DNA of 64,000 nucleotides from Squalus acanthias (Eukaryota), in contig CM059432.1 in NCBI GenBank assembly GCA_030390025.1, positions 18,106,001 through 18,170,000 on the forward strand. The letters run 5' to 3'. This document shows, piece by piece, positions 26,513 through 40,364 of the stretch. Position 1 is the stretch's first letter. Every line of letters starts with the position of its first letter. The notes below the pieces were generated by a model. The model was not told where the DNA came from, did not search any database, and was given only the letters and a program-made list of their open reading frames with translations. Made by a program: the position numbers and the translations under genes.

Positions 26513-27245
26513 GGGGGAAAAATTCGGTTGCTTTCCGCTTCCCGTTAGTGCCCTGAGGCGGGGCGCAAAGCCCCTAGCGCCCGGGCGCGGCGCCGCTAAC
26601 GCCTCCCGCGAAATTCAGCGCGAGGTTAGTGGCGGCAGTAGCCGGTAGTGCCCCGCGGTGCTGCACCTCTGGTGATGACGTCATCGCCGTGCGCAGCGCC
26701 CCGCTCGCGCCCCGGCCGCAAACTTGGCTCACGCCCCCTGACCTACCGCCGGATGCTATGTCCGACAGGGTCAGGGTGGTGTTTTTGCGGCCGGGGCGGC
26801 GCAAATTAAAGGGCAGGTGCCGGGCGGCCATTTTTTCTGGGCCGCCTGCCAGCACCTGCCCCCCCTGGCCTCCTCCTGCAGGGTGCTAGCCGCGATCGCT
26901 CACTCCTCTTGAGTGTCCGGCTCTTTTGCCGGCACCCTGCTCCCTGGTGGTCCAGCAGGGCTCTGGTGCACGCTTCACTAGGCCCCTCCCTTTTAATCAG
27001 GGGTGGGAAGCCTGCAGTACTGTGGCGCTACGTGCCGACACGCGTGGCGCTGTTGCACATAGCGCCGCGATATTCAATGGGAGCACCCCAAGAGGGTTGG
27101 GGAGCGCTTCTAGTAGTGCCCCGCCTCCTGCTTGGGGCGCTACCATTGAATTTCGGGCGCGGGGGTGCTAACTTTTTCGGGGCGCTAAAAGTAGCGCCCC
27201 AGCGAAGTTATCGCCCCACGGGGGGCGTGAGCCAATTTTCCCCCC
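26513..27245. mobile_element. GC-rich Harbinger MITE
   Basis: TIR GGGGGAAAAATT / AATTTTCCCCCC; exact TTA TSD; left end resembles the element starting at 61720. Confidence 0.85.
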
Positions 27246-27544
27246 TTAAATTCTAAAGTTGCAGTGGAAACATTAGCAGTATTCTAGAGATATGGATGTA
27301 TCATCAGCTGACTGCTCGTTGGCTAATCAGATGCTAAGAATTCCGATTCACACTGTGATTTGAACTCAAACATCGAAATTTTCTTCTGCGCCAGTTAAGA
27401 TTAAGATTACTAAACCAGGAACAACAGTTGGAGATGGAGCAGATAATCCCATATTAACCCACTGACTAGTGAATGCTTTTGAAAGTTTAAAAAAACCATA
27501 TCTGCCTTTGTATTGTGTAATATCTTCAGAGGTAGGACCGTCGG

Positions 27545-27800
27545 AACAGGAGTAGGCTAGTCAGCTCCTCGAGCCTGTTCCACCATGTAATTAGGTCATG
27601 GCTAATCTGTATCTTAACCCTGCCTTGGTTCCATAATCCTTCATACCCTTGCCTAACAAAAATCTTATCAATTTCAGTTTTTAAATTTTCAATTGTCCGG
27701 CCTCAACAGTTTTTTGGAGGAGAGAGTTCCAGATTTCCACTACCCTTTATGTGAGGAAGTGCTTCCTGACATCACCCCTGAACGGCTTAGCTCTAATTTT
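27545..27800 (-). mobile_element. CR1 3' end fragment
   Basis: GGAACAGGAGTAGG...CTCGAGCCTG terminal motif. Confidence 0.7.
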
Positions 27801-27929
27801 TAGTCAATTTATGTTTTATAATGAAATTTTGACTGGTTTAGCTGGCTCCCTTTCTGTTTTTCTTTTAGTACATTTTCCTCATGGCTCAATAACAGGGTTT
27901 AGCCATTTCGGACATTATCTGAAAAGACA

Positions 27930-28917
27930 GCGTCAGTTTCCACATGTACGCTGACAACACCCAGCTCTACCTGACTACTTCTTCTCTCGACCCCTCCACG
28001 GAGTCTAAATTGTCAGACTGCTTGTCCGACCTACAGTTCTGGATGAGCAAAAATTTTCTCCAATTAAATATTGGGAAAACCGAAGCCATTGCTTTCGGTC
28101 CCCACCACAAACTACGTTCCCGAGCCACTGATTCCATCCCGCTCCCTAACATCTGTCTGAGGCTGAACCACACTGTTCGCAACATTGGTGTCATATTTGA
28201 CCCTGAAATGAGCTTCCGACCAGATAGTCGCAGCATAACTAAGACCGCCTATTTCCACCTCCGTAACATCGCCCGTCTCCGCCCTAGCCTCAGCTCATCT
28301 GCTGCTGAAACCCTCATCCATGCCTTTGTTACCTCTAGACTTGACTATTCCAACGCACTCCTGGCTGGCCTCCCACGTTCCACCCTACGTAAACTTGAGG
28401 TCATCCAAAACTCGGCTGCCCATGTCCTAACTCGCACCAAGTCCCGTTCGCCCATCACCCCTGTGCTCGCTGACCTACATTGGCTCCCGGTTAAGCAGTG
28501 CCTCGATTTCAAAATTCTCATCCTTGTTTTCAAATCCCTCCATGGCCTCGGGCCCTCCATATCTCTGTAATCTCCTTCAGCCCCACAACCCCCCGAGATA
28601 TCTGTGCTCCTCTAATTCTGCCCTCTTGAGGATCCCTGATTATAATCGCTCAACCTTTGGTGGCCGTGCCTTCAGTTGCCTAGGCTCTAAGCTCTGGAAT
28701 TCCCTGCCTAAACCTGTCCGCCTCGCTACCTCTCTTTCCTCCTTTAAGACGCTCCTTAAAACCTACCTCTTTGACCAAGCTTTTGGTCACCTGCCCTAAT
28801 TTATCCTTATGTGGATCGGTGTCAAATTTTTTGTCTTAAAATACTCCTGTGCAGCGCCTTGGGACGTTTTACTACATTAAAGGCGCAATATAAATACAAA
28901 TCGTTGTTGTTGTTGTT
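27930..28917 (+). mobile_element. L2 LINE 3' portion
   Basis: FHMYADNTQLY, LNIGKTE, HAFVTSRLDYSN, LHWLPV; (GTT)n tail. Confidence 0.92.
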
Positions 28918-28989
28918 GGTTCTGATTTGTTCTGGCCATCATGATTTTGAAGAAGATTTTTGAGTAATTTGAAGTAAAAGAGAATTGGA

Positions 28990-31574
28990 TAACATAGAAA
29001 CATAGAAGATAGGAGCAGGAGTAGGCCATTCGGCCCCTCGAGCCTGCTCCGCCATTCGATGAGATCATGGCTGATCATCCAAACTCAGTACCCTGTACCT
29101 GCCTTCTCCCCATATCCCTTGATCCCTTTAGCTTTAAGAAATATATCTAACTCATTCTTGAATATATTTAATGACTTGGCCTCAACTACCTTCTGTGGTA
29201 GAGAATTCCACAGGTTCACCACTCTCTGGGTGAAGAAATTCTTCCTCATTTCTGTCCTAAATGGCTTACCCCTTATCCTTAGATTATGACCGCTGGTTCT
29301 GGACTCTCCGACCATCGGGAACATTCTTCCTGCATCTAGTTTGTCCAGACCTGTCAGAATTTTATATGTTTCGATGAGATCCCCTCTCATTCTTCTATAC
29401 TCCAGCGAGTATAAGCCCAATCGACCCAATCTCTCCTCATATGTCATTCCTGCCATCCCAGGTATCAGCCTTGTGAATCTTCGCTGAACTCCTTCCATGG
29501 CAAGAACATCCTTCCTCAGATAATTCGACCAAAACTGCACACAGTACTCAAGGTGTGGTCTCACCAAGGCCCTGTACAACTGCAGCAGGACATCCCTGTT
29601 CCTATACTCAAACCCTTTCGCTATGAAGGCCAACATACCATTTGCCTTCTTCACCGCCTGCTGCACCTGCATGCTTACTTTCAGCGACTGGTGCACAAGG
29701 ACACCCAGGTCTCGTTGCACTTCCCCTTCTCCCAATCTATTGCCATTCAGATAATAGTCTGCCTTTCTGTTTTTGACACCAAAGTGGATAACCTCGCACT
29801 TATCCACGTTATATTGCATCTGCCACGCTTCTGCCCACTCACCCAACCTGTCCAAATCATCCTGGAGTTTCTCGGTATCCTCCTCGCAGCACACACTCCC
29901 ACCCAGCTTTGTGTCATCTGCAAACTTGGAGATATTGGCCCAGAAATTAAAGACGGAGCCTTCCTGCGGGGGTAAGGCTTCCCCGCGATATCTCACTGCG
30001 CGCCTGCCTTTTCCTTCCGAGCTCACACGAACTTTAGTTTCAAGGCTGCAGCTGTGCAGTGTGTGCGTATCCCACAGGCGCAGTTAATTCGTGCGAGCTA
30101 TGGGATCACGTGATTCAGTTAGAGCCAATGGCAGCACACCATCTTTCATTCATAGTTTTGACAGCAAGGGCTGTCAAAGCTATGAATCTATACCCCCACA
30201 AAAGAACAGCTAAACCTCAATTAAATTTTTTTTAAAAACCATCACATTAATAAAATAAGTATAATTAAATAAATTAACCACTTTAAACAAAAAATTAAAT
30301 TTTTGAAAATATTTAAAATCTTTTTAAAAGTTATAAAAATAAACTTACCTTTCTTTAAAGTCTCTAAAAAAGATAAACCTGTTGAAAATTTTTTTAAATA
30401 ATACTTAATTAACTACTTACCTTGTTAAAAGAGGGTCTTACGCCTCCTTTCTTTATATGCGAAATCTTCCATGCTTACCTGCGCGTTCAAAGCACTAAGT
30501 GCACTGCGTGCGCGCAGCCTGTAGCGCGCACGCGGTTCACTTAGGAACCGCCCCCTTTTGAATTCACCAAGTGCCAGTTTTCAGCGCATGCGCAGTGCAT
30601 GCAGAAAACCGGCAATTGGAGACAGAATACGCGAGAGTACACAATGCGTACTCTCGCGTACTAAGACTAATTTTTGGGCCATTACATTTAGTTCCCTTAT
30701 CTAGATCATTAATGTATATTGTGAATAGCTGGGGTCCAAGGACCGATCCCTGCGGTACCCCACTAGTCACTGCTTGCCACTCGGAAAAAGACCCATTAAT
30801 TCCTACTCTCTGCTTTCTGTCCGCCAACCAGTTCTCTATCCAAGTCAATACCTTGTCCCCAATCCCATGTGCCTTAACTTTACACGCTAATCTCTTATGC
30901 GGGACCTTATCGAAAGCCTTTTGAAAGTCCAAATACACCACATCCACTGGTTCTCCCTTATCTATTTTCCCAGTTACATCCTCAAAAAGTTCCAGTAGAT
31001 TAGTCAAGCACGATTTACCTTTTGTAAATCCATGTTGACTTTGTCCGATCCTGTCACTGTTTTTGAAGTGCTCAGCTATTACATCCTTTATAATGGACTC
31101 ATATTTTCCCCTATACCGATGTCAGGCTTACCGGTCTGTAATTCCCCACTTTCTCTCTACCACCCTTTTTGAATAGTGGGGTAACATTAGCTACCCTCCA
31201 ATCCATGGGTACAGTTCCAGATTCCATCGAATGTTGGAAGATGATCAGCAATGCATCTACTATTTCTAGGGCCACTTCCTTAAGTACCCTAGGATGTAGA
31301 TTATCAGGCCCTGGGGATTTATCGGCCTTCAATCCCGTCAATTTCCCTAACACCATTTCCCTGCAAATACTGATTTCTTTCAGTTCCTCCCTTTCATCAG
31401 ACCGTATGTTCTCCAACATCTCTGGGAGGCTATTTGTGTCCTCCTTTGTGAAGACAGAACCAAAATATGCATTTAACTGGTCTGCCATTTCTTTGTTCCC
31501 CATTATAACTTCCCCCGCTTCTGACTGCAAGGGACCTACACTTGATTTCACTAATCTTTTTCTCTTCACATATC
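28990..31574 (-). mobile_element. 5'-truncated CR1 LINE (same family as 8788-13336) with a nested MITE
   Basis: Minus ORFs 29085-30026, 30564-31007, 31111-31665 closely match ORF2 of the first copy. Confidence 0.92.
29937..30680. mobile_element. Harbinger-type MITE inserted in the CR1 RT
   Basis: TIR GGCCCAGAAATTA / TAATTTTTGGGCC; ATT TSD; removal restores CR1 GAGATATTACATT. Confidence 0.85.
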
Positions 31575-32099
31575 TCCTCCAGTCTTCTGGCACCACCCCC
31601 ATATCCAAGGAGGATTGGAAAATTTTGACCAGAGCCTCCACAATTGCCACGCTTACTTCCATCACGCCATATTTATATGCAATTTCATCGAATATTTACA
31701 AGCTGACTCCCCATACCTGAAGGAAAAAAAATTGCAGGGCTATGGGGAAAGGGCGGGGGAGTGGGACTAGCTGAAGTGCTCTTGCAGAGAGCTGACACGG
31801 GCTCGACGGGCTGAATGGCCTCCTCTGTGCTGCAACTATTCTATGATTCTATGATTAGTTATGTCTCCGCTTTATTTTTCTTCTGTAATTTCCCCATGGT
31901 TCATAGGTACAGAGTTCTGATTCGTCATTGTTTTATTAACATGAAATTTGAGTGAATGAAGTAAAAGTGTGACACAGGAATGTGACAGCGAGAGGAAATG
32001 TAATTGTACCCTTTTTATAATCTGACTGGTGGATCTCCAGTGATGTTACTAGTGGATGTCAGCGTGGAAATATTCGATGAAATTGCATATAAATATGGC

Positions 32100-33590
32100 G
32101 TGATGGAAGTAAGCGTGGCAATTGTGGAGGCTCTGGTCAAAATTTTCCAATCCTCCTTGGATATGGGGGTGGTGCCAGAAGACTGGAGGATTGCAAATGT
32201 TAGACCCCTGTTTTTTTTTCAAAAAGGGAGAGGGACAAACCCAGCAACTACAGGCCAGTCAGCCTAACGTTGTTGGTGAGGAAACTTTTAGTGACAATAA
32301 TCTGGGATAAAATTAATTGGCATTTGGAAAAGTATAGGCTAATAAAAGAAAGTCAGCATGGATTTGTTAAAGGCAAATCGTGTTGGACTAACTTGATCGA
32401 GTTCTTTGCTGAAGTAACGGTTAGAGCTGATGAGGGTAGTGCGGTTGATGTTGTGTATGTGGACTTTGAAAAGGCGTTTAACAAAATACCACATAATAGA
32501 CTTGTCAGCAAAATTAAAGCCCACAAGATTAAAGGGGCAATGGCAGCATGGATACAAAATTGGCTAAGGACAGAAAGCAGAGGGTAGTGGTGAATGGTTG
32601 TTTTTCAGACTGGGGGGAGATATACCGTGGTGTTCCCCAGGGGTCGGTATTAGGACCACTTCTCTTTTTGATATATATTAACGACCGGGACTTGGGCATA
32701 ATTTCAAAGTTTGCAGATGACACGAATCTCGGAAATGTAGTAAACAATGAGGAGGGTAGTAACAGAGTTCAGGAGGACACAGACAGACTGGTGAAATGGG
32801 CAGACACATGGCAGAGAAAATTTAACGCAGAGACGTGTGAAGTGATTCATTTTGGTAGGAAGAATGAGGAGAGGCAATATGAACTAAATAGTGCAATTTT
32901 AATGTGCGTGCAGGAACAGAGGCCCGGGGGTGTATGTACATCAATCTTTGAAGGTGGCAGGGCAAGTTGAGAAGGCTGTTAAAAAACCATATGGAATCCT
33001 TGGCTTTATTAATCGAGGAATAGTGTACAAAAGCAAGGAGTTATGCTAAACCTCTATAAAACGCTGGTTAGGCCCCAGCTGGAGTATTGTGTTCAATTCT
33101 GGACGCCACACTTTAGAAAGGATTCCAAGGCCTTAGAGACGGTGCAGGAGAGATTTACTAGAATGGTACCAGGGATGAGGGACTTAAGTTATGTGGAGAG
33201 ACTGGAGAAGCTGGGGTTGTTCTCCTTAGAGTAGAGAAGGTTTGATAGGGTGTTTAAAATCATGAACGGTTTTGATAGAGTAAATAAGAAGAAACTGTTT
33301 CCCAGTGGCAGAAGGGCCAGTAACCAGAAGACAGATTTAAGATGATTGGCAAAAGAACCAGAGGCGATATGAGGAAACAGCGAGTTGTGATCTGGAATGC
33401 ACTGTGTGAAAGGATGGTGGAAGCAGATTCAATAGTAACATTGGAGAATTGGATAAATACTTGAGGGAAAAAATTATAGTGCTATAGGGAAAGAGCAGGG
33501 GAGTGGGACTAATTGGATAGCTCTACCAAAGAGCCGGCACAGGCACAATGGTCCAAATGGCCTCCTTCTGTGCTGTATCATTCTATGATT
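32100..33590 (+). mobile_element. Older CR1 LINE 3' half
   Basis: [27 protein letters not shown] across frameshifts; ATTCTATG tail. Confidence 0.88.
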
Positions 33591-33781
33591 CAAATTTCAA
33601 ATTTCTAGGAATTGACATTTTGAGAACACAATTTCAAAGGGCCTTGTTAAGGATGAATTCCAATTGGAATTTTGCAACTGATTTGAGAGCATGACTTTTT
33701 CATCCTTTTATAGTTTTGAATTATAGTTTTGTTTGTTAGTTGTTGTTTTTGGTGTCTGTGTTTGGTATCCTTGGAATATCT

Positions 33782-34480
33782 GGGGTAGGCATTTGGGGTG
33801 CCTATTTTTCAGTGTGCGGTCGGGTGCAGGGTGTGTTCCCTGTGCTTGAATGGTAAGGCTCAAGACGCCCTCGACATTGGACCTCGGGCCTCATTACAAT
33901 GGCGTGAACAGCCAGCCGGTGAAGAGGAGACCAAGATTGGGCCGCTGCTAGCGTCGCAGCGGCCCTCGGGTAAGTGAAGCCGGGAGTCAGGAGATAGAAA
34001 GTCGGGGGTGGGATCGGAAGCCGGGTCGGGGGAAGTGGTGGCGATCGGTGGAGGGGAGAAAGCGCGATTATCGGGGGGAGAGCATTAGCCCGCGTTCTTC
34101 AAATGTAGGATTGGGAGGAGCAACCCCCCCCGCCGGCTGCTACGTTCAGGTAACTAACTTTCAACAGTAAGTAAATTACTGGACGGACCCAAGGTCTGGT
34201 TTTACTGAGTGCAGCCTGTGCTGGCACCGGCTACAGCAGGGCGAACCAATCTTACAGTGGGGGCCTGAAACAGGTGTTAGGCCCCCTTATTTCCATATGC
34301 AAAGGGCCTAACATTTGTTTCAGGCGTGTGGCTTGAACGCCTATTGTTTTGCTATCACCAACATGGCAGACGCGCACCTTCGGCTGGAAATGTGCACCCG
34401 CATCCTGCCCGCCATAGTGGCAGCTTAGTAGGCTGGTTAGCACCTGAAAAACGAGTCTTGCGTGGCCAAGTTCATAGGCC
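33782..34480. mobile_element. Probable decayed non-autonomous DNA transposon
   Basis: GC-rich island with imperfect inverted subterminal motifs (TTTTTCAGTG / CACCTGAAAAA); TIR and TSD unclear. Confidence 0.35.
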
Positions 34481-34539
34481 TATGTGTTTGCATTTCAGTT
34501 GCTTTTCCCTGTTGTTAGTTTTTAGTTTGTGTTTATGTT

Positions 34540-35015
34540 GAGTACTGGGAGGGGTCATGGGGTTTGACAGCGACATAGGGGTTTTGGGAACACTGATGTG
34601 TCTTGCAGTTTGAAAGCACTGGGGCTTGGCAGAACTGGGATGGGGGTCCAGGATTTTGACAGCACTGCAGGAAGTGGGGTCCTGGGTCTGGTAATTTAGC
34701 AGAACTGGAGGTATAATGTTCACTAGGAAGTCCCTGGAGTCTGGCAGTACTGGGAAATGGGAGAGGGCTGGGATTCTGGAAGTACCAGGAGGGCAACACA
34801 AGGATTATGTTCCAGTACTCTGGTAGCGCTAGGGAGTGGGCCTTAGAGTCTGGCAGCACTGGGGAGGGGCGGAGCGATATGGTCTGGCAGCAATAGAAGG
34901 GGTCTTGAGATCTTGAAGCACTGGAAGGGAATGCCAGGGTCTTGCAGTACTAGGGGAGAGCTGGAGTTCTGCAGCACTCGGATTAGGTTCTCAGAGCCTG
35001 GCAGCACTGAGGGGG
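34540..35015 (+). repeat. Degenerate minisatellite with GCAGYACTGGG core
   Basis: Core recurs roughly every 25-35 bp. Confidence 0.55.
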
Positions 35016-36368
35016 AGACACACAAGAAAAATCTGCACCAACTTGTGACACCTGCTTCTGGTCCCTTCCCTGCTCTTAACTGGTTTTTAGCGCTACATAT
35101 GCTTTAATACTGTAAAAGTGACGTATTGTTGGTGGGGATCCAAGCCTATGATGTTGACCTGCGGATGGCAGTTAAGGGGAGAGCGAAGGGGAAATGGAAG
35201 GCAATAAAGTACAGATGGAAAGGGGAAGAAAGGGGAAGGGGTGAAGACTCTACTAGTCCCGTTCAAGGCCAAAGAGGTCAGGGGTGAGGATTCTCTATCC
35301 TGCAAGTTCCAATTTCCTTGGTCCAGTTGGGTATTATTTGAGATTTGTACACCAAATGAGAGGAGACGTACTGCCCAACAGATAGGCACAAGTAGGCCCC
35401 ACTGGGGGATGGCCTGGATCCCTGAATAAAAGGTAAGCCTGAACCTCAACTTTACTCAACCGGCCCCTTCCCAGGACCGGTGCTAACTGCATCTTTGCCT
35501 GCTGAATTCAAATGCCATGGTGGGGGGGGGGTGGGGGGGGGGGGCTGGACTCAGGTCCCTGGACCATTTTCCTTCTGGCCACCATAGTTACTGCCAATTC
35601 CTGGGATCATCATGGTGGTCATGGATCGCCATGGTTGAGGCCTCAACGTCAGGCAATGGAGGGAAAGCGCCTAGTAGAAGCCTCCTCTCCTTCCACATAG
35701 CTCCGCACTCATTTATCTATGCAGGGCTTGGTCTTTGCCGAGGCTTACAAGTCTGCAGCTCCCTTGATTTCTGGGATTCTTCTGATCCTTTATATGCCTC
35801 GACTGCAAAATCCCGCTGATGCAGTAGCAGAAGTCCTGCTGCAGAATTGCTGGCGTTTTGCGGCTGGGCACTGACAGATTTTCCTCTTAGGAGCCGACCC
35901 TGCATCAATAATGAAATAGATCAGGGGTGGGCGGAAGTCCTATCCTGCTGCTACTCTGCCCCAAAGAGGAGAACCCTGCTCGAAGAGTCTTTGGGGTTCT
36001 AATAGATTGCATATTTAGTTAAGTGCTTGTACAACACAAAGCACAACACGTGCCCAAAACCCTGCCAAAGCAAATCCCTGCAATTGCTCTTAGTCTTACA
36101 GTAAGACCCATGAATACCTCTGCATTCCCCCACAAATTCCTAATTCCATTTCATCCCAATGAAACTCTCGCAGCATATTCAAATATCAGTAACATCAAAT
36201 GTTTTTAACCATGGCAGTGTGTAGTGCAGATGTGTTCAGTATGTGCTTCCTGTTTATGAAAGTCTATGATGTGTGTCTTCTACCTAATAACCATGTGCTA
36301 CTTCTAATTATTTCCCCAGTGGAAGGAAGAAGTGACATGGATGGCTGCTGAATATCACTGTCTCCCAG

Positions 36369-36815
36369 TGTCAGCTGTGGCTCTGTGGGTAGCACACTCG
36401 CCTCGGAGTCAGAAGGTTGTGGGTTCAAAGTCCCACTCCAGGGACTTGAACACATAAAGCTAGGCTGACACTCCCAGTGCAGTGCTGAGGGAGTGCTGCA
36501 CTGTCGGAGGTGCCGTCTTTCGGATGAGACGTTAAACTGAGGCCCCGTCTGCTCTCTCAAGTGGACGTAAAAGTTCCCATGGCACTATTTTGAAGAAAGA
36601 GCAGGGGGAGTTATCCCCGGTGTCCTGGCCAATATTTATCCCTCAATCAACATAACAAAAACAGATTATCAGGTCATTATCACATTGCTGTTTGTGGGAG
36701 CTTGCTGTGTGCAAATTGTTTCCCACATTACAACAGTGACTGCACTTCAAAAGTGCTTCATTGGCTGTAAAGCGCTTTGGGATGTCCTGAGGTTGTGAAA
36801 GGAGCTATATAAATG
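36369..36815 (+). mobile_element. Full-length Deu-domain SINE
   Basis: A/B boxes, GGATGAGACGTTAAAC core, L2-type tail. Confidence 0.85.
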
Positions 36816-37430
36816 CATAGGATTACATTGGATATACGGCACAGAAACATGCCATTCGGCCCAACCAGTCCATGCCGTCGTTTATGCTCCACTCGAGCCT
36901 CCTCCCGTCTTTCCTCATCTAAATCTATCAGCATAACCCTCTATTTCCTTCTCCCTCATATGTTTGTCTAGCCTCCCCTTAAATGCATCTATACTGTTCG
37001 CTTCAATCACTCCCTGTGGTAGCGAGTTCCACATTCTCACCACTCTTTGGGTAAAGAAGTTTCTTCTGAATTCCCTATTGGATTTCTTGGTGACTATCTT
37101 ATATTGATGGGCTCTAGTTATGCTCTTCCCCACAAGTGGAAACACTCTCTCTGTATCCACTCTATCAAAATGTTTTCATAATTTTAAAGACCTCTATTAG
37201 GTCACCCCTCAGCCTTATTTTTTCAAGAGAAAAGAGACCCAGCCCGTTCATCCTTTCCTGATATGTAGATCATCGCATTTCTGGTATCATCCTTGTAAAT
37301 CTTCTCTGCACTCTTTCCAGTGCCTGTATATCCTTTTTATAATATGGTGACCAGAACTGTACGCAGTACTCTAAGTGTGATCTAACCAAGGTTCGATACA
37401 GGTTTAGCATAACTTCCCTACTTTTCACTT
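36816..37430 (-). mobile_element. CR1 3' fragment
   Basis: RRNFFTQRVVRMWNSLP. Confidence 0.85.
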
Positions 37431-40364
37431 TACACTCCAAAAAAGTACTTCATTGGCTGTAAATTGCTTTGAGATGTCCGGTGGTCGTGAAAGGCGCTAT
37501 ATAAATGTAAGTCTTTCTTTCATGGACAGAAGTGGTCTAATACCTCCTTGCGTTCGGTCAATAGATGGCCCTGTAGCCATGAGTAGGCCGGCAGGGTTTC
37601 TTGCTAGTCTAATCATTTGAATGGGGTAGCTGGGCGGAATGGATGTGGCATCACCCTGAGAGACATCTCCATTGTCCATGCCAGCTCCTACCATTTCCGT
37701 GCTGCTTGGCACTCCTTGGGTCCAGGTGTGGGAGCAGAGTGCTGACCAGTAACGAGATTGTTGATGCTTTGAATTAAGGCTATCTGACTTTGATTTCTTT
37801 GGATGGTGAATCTAGACAAGACTGACTGCAGTAAATGGAACACAATATTTTCAGATCCTCAGTTTGGAAATGATGCCTGAACATAGGACCTCAGTCAGAG
37901 GAGGCTCCAATGGAGGACTGTGGATTGAACACACCTGCTGCCATAGTGGGCTGCAAGAGATCAGGTAGTCATGCAGCACTGCACAAATGCGACTTGGGGC
38001 CTCTGTCATAGGCACCCTTAAAATTAGCAGGCTGCTAGGCACGCTCTAAAATTACTTCGCGAAGTGTTGTTCTGAGCTGTCAAACTGTGTCTCTAGAAAG
38101 GTTCTGTGATAACAGAATCCCTGGCTCAACAGTTGAAGAACCCTTTGAGACGACCCTCTGGTCAACAGGTTGTGACTTCTCCAAATCCACTTCAATTTCT
38201 TCCTCATCACTCATGCTCAGTGAACCCGCAAGCCCAACATCATTGATGTTGGGTTTGGGCAGGAGCCAGGCCCAGGAGTTAAAATAGCCTTTGGCCCCAA
38301 GCTCACCCCTTGCCTCCCCCCCACCAGTTAAAATTGGGCCTTAACTTACAGAAATGTATAAACGGAATGGTCTGAATCTTTAAACTTTTGACATTTCCTT
38401 TAGTGGAGCTCCATGCCTTCATTCAGAAGGCCATGGGGTGTTATTTGTGCAGTGTCTGGTGCATCAATGAAGTTTTTCTTCCTTCGAGAAGATTCACATC
38501 AGCATGAATGTTAATTTTAGCCAACTTTGATGTCTTCATCGATTGCCAGGGAAATAGCTCCACTTGCCCTCCCCTGACAACCATGGAAACAGTTATCTTG
38601 GATGCACCAAATTAATTTTGAAAAAAAAACATTGAAAACATCATTTGGAAGTTCAAGTACTCTCCTCCCAAAACCAAAACCACCTCAAAGGAAGAGCAGG
38701 AAGATCAACACAGGATGGGAAAACAACCAGCAACAGTGACCCGCCTGAAGTCAGGCAAGAACAGTGACCCAAATAAACATAACCTCGAGTTAATGTAGGC
38801 AGGACCATTTGTTCCCATCGACCCAATTAAACCTCAGGGACCAAGACTAAATGAATTGCTTCAACCCTTAAAACTGCATCACTGCCAAAATATACACAGC
38901 AAAGCCAAGAAAACGAATGTACCAATTACTAGTCCGACAAGCACCATGGAATGAAAGCGTACATGGTTTCACCAAATATATGTAAGGGTATAAACTGTGG
39001 AAAATTCAATGAAAATGATCTCCTTTTGAATCACCGATAGGAGAAGCGCATAAAATAAGAATCATATACGAACATACGAATTAAGAGTAGGAGTAGGCCA
39101 CTCGGCCCCTCGAGCCTGCTCCGCCATTCAATAAGATCATGGCTGATCTGATTACTCCACATCCCCGCCTACCCCCGACACAGGACAAATCAAAGAAAAT
39201 GTGTCACAACACGTCTTGCTGCATACATATGGTGCCATGTCTAGAAAAAGGATAGGCCGAAAACATGGATTTAAGGATGAAAAAGTAATGCTTTCAAATC
39301 AGATGCAAAATTCCTATTGGAATTCATATAACAAGGCCCTTTGAAATTGTGTTTTAACTGTTCTCAAAATGTCATTTCCTAGAAATTTGCATTTGGTCTT
39401 TTCTATGTATTGATTTAACAGGTTGCCAGCTTCATCCATATTGGCCGAATGGTGTGCTGTTATCTGTCGATTGCACACACATACAGTCAGGAGCCAGGAC
39501 CACGAGAGTACTGGAGTGAGTCCATAAAGATCTGAAGCTTAACAGCAATGCTGAAAGAGGAAAAAAAAAGCCAATGCATAATTGTGCCAGTCAGGATACG
39601 TGACGAATAGTTCTTGAAAGCATCAGCATGTGGTTCTGTGAGCAAGTCTTCAATGGAAATAAAAATCGGGATAGATGTAAAACAGGCTGCCAACTCACCC
39701 ATTTTACACTATCGCACAAAGTCAAAATCTACCCCAGCAGGCTGCACTGTGGGGGCATCGCACCTGATCCTGCTCTCAACCAATGTTCACACGTGTGCTT
39801 TTTTTTCCAGTAAGGGCCACAGTTGGCGTGCCCAGCAGTGTAGTGCTCCCTCAGTACTGCACTAGACTGTCAGTTAAGCTATTTTTGGGGGGGAAATGTT
39901 TGCAATTTCTGAGGGGCCCATTACTGCAACGTTAAGGACGCTGGATGTTTTGGTCCTAGATGGGCAGTGAAATAAAACATTTTGAAGAATTCATGGTTGT
40001 CACTTTCCCAATGACGGCCAATCACCCTGCAATCAATTGCCATTAGAAAACTGTCTTTTGAAGCAGTTCTGCCAGGATCTGGGCAGTCCTTTACAGGAAG
40101 GATATTATAGCTATGGTTGACTAGAATAATACCAGGAACCATACATAGTTATGAAGTAATTATTCCCAAATATGCATTCTACTTTATATAAACCATTCAA
40201 ATCTCCTCTAGATGGACAAAAAGCCAAGTACTGCAGCTACTGGAAATCTGAACCAAATTCTGGAAACAGTCAGTGGAGTGAAGAAACAAATTAACGTTTC
40301 AGATCGGGACCCTTGGTCAGAATTGCCTTTGAAAGTTCAGTACTAGCCTTACATCAGCTCTCCG

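Noticed and set aside
26513..27245. CpG island of a host promoter
   Set aside because: Exactly bounded by TIRs and a TTA TSD, so it is a MITE.
38087..39060. Possible host exons (for example minus-strand MSDEEEIEVDLEK...)
   Set aside because: Short frames with stops, no consistent splice structure and no recognisable domain.
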